A stretch of DNA of 24,000 nucleotides from positions 9,897-33,896 of the forward strand of contig JAITSV010000051.1 in assembly GCA_031287575.1 (NCBI GenBank), written 5' to 3'. Below, piece after piece: positions 21,580 through 24,000 of this stretch (position 1 is its first letter; each line of letters opens with the position of its first letter). The DNA comes from Desulfovibrio sp. Lineage in GTDB: Bacteria; Desulfobacterota; Desulfovibrionia; Desulfovibrionales; Desulfovibrionaceae. The notes below the pieces were generated by a model. It saw nothing but the letters and a program-made list of their open reading frames with translations. It searched no databases and was not told the DNA's origin. A program made the position numbers and the translations under genes.

Positions 21580-23223
21580 TCAGGAACCGCTCAGCGGCCC
21601 GCGCAACCGGTGTCCTTCGTCGTCAGGCATGCCCCGCTCCTCCACCGCGACGGAGTCGGCGTCATCCCACAACACCACCCGGTTGCGGCCCGCCTGCTTG
21701 GCCCGGTACAGCGCGTGGTCGGCCCTGGCCAGCAGATCCTCCAGCGGTCCGGCACCATAGCGCGGCGTGACGGTCATGCCCGCCACCCCCACGCTGATGG
21801 CCACGGGCACGGCCAGGCCTGCCTGATGCAGATCGATGCGCTCCACGTTGCGGCGCAGACGTTCGGCCAGGGCCATGGCGTGGGGGGCGTCGGTATTGGG
21901 CGCGATGATGGCGAACTCCTCGCCGCCCATGCGCACCGCGAAGTCGGACGAGCGCACCGTGGCCGCGATGGCGGCTGCCAGCTTGCGCAACACCTCGTCC
22001 CCGGTGGCGTGCCCGTGCACGTCGTTGATGTGCTTGAAATGGTCCAGGTCCAGCATCAGGCAGGCGCACGGCTGCCCGGCCCGGCGGCAGATGCTGACGA
22101 TGCGCGTGCCCGCGTCGGCCAGCAGGCGGCGGTTGGCCAGCCCGGTCAGTTCGTCGGTGCCGGACAGGCGCTCCAGTTCGCCCACGTGGGTGCCGATGCG
22201 TTCGGCCATCCGGCAGAAATTGTGGTACAGCCGCGCCAGTTCCGGGGGCATGCCAGATGCGTCGAGGCCGGGGCAGGCACTGCCGTATTCTCCGGCCATG
22301 ATCCGCTCGGACATGGCCGAAATGCGCTCGACGGGCCCGGTGACCCGCCGCGCGAGGCGCAGCAGAAAGGGAGTAAGCGCGGCAATGGTCAGGCCCGACA
22401 CCGCCAGAAGAAGCAGCAACAGCCGGTGCATGTCGCCCAGGATGTCGGCCACGGCGCGCTCCTGCACCAGCAGCCATTCACCGTTCTTGAGCGGCAGCCC
22501 CGCTCCCAGCACCTCGGCACCGTCACGGTTGCGGTAGATGGCCGGGCCGTCGATGGGCGCATCAAGCGAGGGCACCGGGATGGGCTGCGCCCCTTCCGGC
22601 GCCAACAGGGGGACGCCGGTGGCGGCGTCCACCAGAAAGGACGGGTCCACCGGAGTACGCCGCAGGCTGCTGACCATGTCGAGCAGCGCATCAATGCGCA
22701 CCACGCCAAAGACCAGCCCGACGAAGTCGCCCTGCGGATTCAGCACCGGGGACGAAAAGGTCACGATGGCCTTGCCCGAGGTGCGCCCCGTCAGCACGCG
22801 CGAGATGAACGGCTGCCCCTGCCGCGCCCGCAGGAAGTATTCGCGGTCGGAAAGGTCCACGCCGCCTTCGGGCATGTCCAAGTCAAGCACCGTGCGCCCG
22901 GCGGCATCCACGTAGACCAGGGAGCGGAAGTCGCCGTGGGCGTCCAGGAAGGCATGAAAATCCCGTTCCATGGCGGGCAGATCCACGGTGCGCACCGCGT
23001 CGGTGCGCGACACGTGCACCACGTCGGCCAGGCGGTAGCCCAGCCAGCGTTCCACGTCGAAGCGATGGTGGCGCAGTTCCGCCTGCATCTCGCCCTGGGC
23101 CTTGCGCAGGCCTTCCGTACGCAGCACGCCATGGAACGCCGCCAGCGACAGTGCCAGTGGCAGCAGGATGAGCAGCAGTGAATAGAACCGAAGTTGCGCC
23201 TTTATGGTACGGCCAAGCCGCAT
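21580..23223 (-). CDS. Membrane sensor diguanylate cyclase: TM - periplasmic Cache-type domain - TM - HAMP - GGDEF (547 aa from ATG 23223)
   Basis: GGEEF active site (RMGGEEFAII). Intact I-site RSSD five residues upstream. N-terminal TM FYSLLLILLPLALSLAAF and second TM LLLLLLAVSGLTIAALTPFLL flank about 290 aa with a Cache-like pattern (DREYFLRARQG…ISRVLTGRTSGKAIVTFSSPV). The track start at 23457 is an upstream extension. Confidence 0.88.
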   Translation of the reverse strand: MRLGRTIKAQLRFYSLLLILLPLALSLAAFHGVLRTEGLRKAQGEMQAELRHHRFDVERWLGYRLADVVHVSRTDAVRTVDLPAMERDFHAFLDAHGDFRSLVYVDAAGRTVLDLDMPEGGVDLSDREYFLRARQGQPFISRVLTGRTSGKAIVTFSSPVLNPQGDFVGLVFGVVRIDALLDMVSSLRRTPVDPSFLVDAATGVPLLAPEGAQPIPVPSLDAPIDGPAIYRNRDGAEVLGAGLPLKNGEWLLVQERAVADILGDMHRLLLLLLAVSGLTIAALTPFLLRLARRVTGPVERISAMSERIMAGEYGSACPGLDASGMPPELARLYHNFCRMAERIGTHVGELERLSGTDELTGLANRRLLADAGTRIVSICRRAGQPCACLMLDLDHFKHINDVHGHATGDEVLRKLAAAIAATVRSSDFAVRMGGEEFAIIAPNTDAPHAMALAERLRRNVERIDLHQAGLAVPVAISVGVAGMTVTPRYGAGPLEDLLARADHALYRAKQAGRNRVVLWDDADSVAVEERGMPDDEGHRLRGPLSGS

Positions 23224-23480
23224 GGCGTCAGTCCCCCCCCGAATGGCCTTTCGGCCTGTCCCGGTAAAATCGCCCCCGCCCGCCTTCAACGTCCCGCCTT
23301 CCATACCCGTGGCATGAGCGGCATGTGCGCCGTGCCCCCCGGCACGCCGTGCATGGCCTCGACAAGGACCAGTGTAAACGGCACGAAACCCGCGCGCAAG
23401 CGGATGGGTGACGGCAACGAGGCGGGGATCGCGAAGGCATCCCAGGGCGCCGGCCATGCGGGGCGCGCCCGCAAACGCGA

Positions 23481-23506
23481 ACGGGGCGCCCCGAAGGACG
23501 CCCCGT
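23481..23506 (-). terminator. Possible feoB terminator hairpin
   Basis: ACGGGGCG / CGCCCCGT 8-bp stem with a 10-nt loop, about 70 nt downstream of the feoB stop. Only a weak T-content follows on the minus strand (TTCGCGTTTGC). Confidence 0.3.
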
Positions 23507-23517
23507 AGTGGTTGCGG

Positions 23518-23553
23518 ATGTTGCGCTAATGTCGCGCCAATGTTGCGCTGATG
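23518..23553. repeat. 14-nt direct repeat pair between feoB and the GGDEF gene
   Basis: ATGTTGCGCTAATG (23518-23531) and ATGTTGCGCTGATG (23540-23553) have a 22-nt period. A third partial GTTGCGGATG lies at 23511-23520. Confidence 0.7.
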
Positions 23554-23577
23554 ACGCGCGGGCCCTGCCCGGCGGGG

Positions 23578-24000
23578 TTAGCCCCCGCCCAGCATGGCGG
23601 TGCCGATCTGGTACACGGCCACGGCCAGGCCGAAGGCCAGGATGGTGCTGAACACCGTGCTGAAGATGGCCCAGCGCCACGAACCCGATTCCTGCTTGAT
23701 GGCCACCACGGTGACGAAGCAGGGGGCGTACAGCAGCACGAAGACCATCAGCGCGGCGGCCACGGCCGGGGTCCAGTGCGGGTCGGCCTTGATGCGCTCG
23801 GCCAGCGGAGCGGCGTCTTCCGCGTCCACCTCGCCCAGCGAGTAGGCCGTGCCCAGGGTGGAGACGATGACTTCCTTGGCCGCGAAGCCGCCCACCAGGG
23901 CGATGTTGGTGCGCCAGTCGAACCCGGCGGCACCGGTCACCGATTCGAGGGCGATGCCCACGCGGCCCGCGATGGAGTATTCCAGGCCAGCGGCGGCTTC
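23578..24000 (-). CDS. feoB: Ferrous iron transport protein B, C-terminal part (gene continues past the right edge)
   Basis: EYSIAGRVGIALESVTGAAGFDWRTNIALVGGFAAKEVIVSTLGTAY … LMVFVLLYAPCFVTVVAIKQESGSWRWAIFS matches the conserved FeoB C-terminal membrane region. The frame is open to base 24000, and the track M at 23961 is an internal GTG (Val). Confidence 0.88.
   Translation of the reverse strand, partial: EAAAGLEYSIAGRVGIALESVTGAAGFDWRTNIALVGGFAAKEVIVSTLGTAYSLGEVDAEDAAPLAERIKADPHWTPAVAAALMVFVLLYAPCFVTVVAIKQESGSWRWAIFSTVFSTILAFGLAVAVYQIGTAMLGGG

Noticed and set aside
1-24000. Search for mobile elements, integrases or transposases, toxin-antitoxin pairs, defence systems, tRNA or rRNA genes, and compositional islands.
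   Set aside because: No protein here shows such signatures. I saw no tRNA-like T-arm (GGTTCGAATCC-type) motifs. Composition is uniformly high-GC apart from short intergenic patches. The window looks like core chromosome rather than an accessory island.

Overview
This is a high-GC (about 65-70%) bacterial chromosomal window with dense coding on both strands. The gene content and biotin-locus layout resemble Desulfovibrio-type sulfate reducers, but that is inference only. I support 22 protein-coding genes and find no rRNA, tRNA, CRISPR array or mobile element.

Left arm, all on the minus strand:
- an HD-GYP c-di-GMP phosphodiesterase
- gltX
- a small Nfu/NifU-C Fe-S protein
- a translationally overlapped MATE exporter and DUF2156 (MprF-C-like) pair
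- birA

Centre, plus strand:
- A BirA operator (TTGTAAACC-N15-GGTTGACAA) lies between birA and a divergent nine-gene operon, bioB-bioA-[five FAS-like genes]-bioF-bioD.
- The five inserted genes encode a His-only FabZ-like hotdog protein, a FabG-like SDR, an unusually long ACP, a Cys-His-His ketoacyl synthase and a Glu-only FabZ-like hotdog protein.
- Most junctions are ATGA or GTGA overlaps.
- No bioC, bioH, bioW, bioI or bioZ is visible, so this module is the main candidate for an uncharacterised dedicated pimeloyl-ACP route.
- The two hotdog proteins appear to split the FabZ His/Glu dyad between them.
- Four operon genes carry in-frame short tandem repeats, including a consensus pentapeptide repeat at the BioF N-terminus. 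A related 9-nt minisatellite lies in non-coding DNA upstream of gltX.

Right arm:
- lysA, then a TrmB-family regulator
- an M20D amidohydrolase with a sigma-54-like promoter
- an FKBP-type PPIase
- a Cache-HAMP-GGDEF diguanylate cyclase
- the 3-prime end of feoB

The many long antisense ORFs in the track are GC-composition artefacts.
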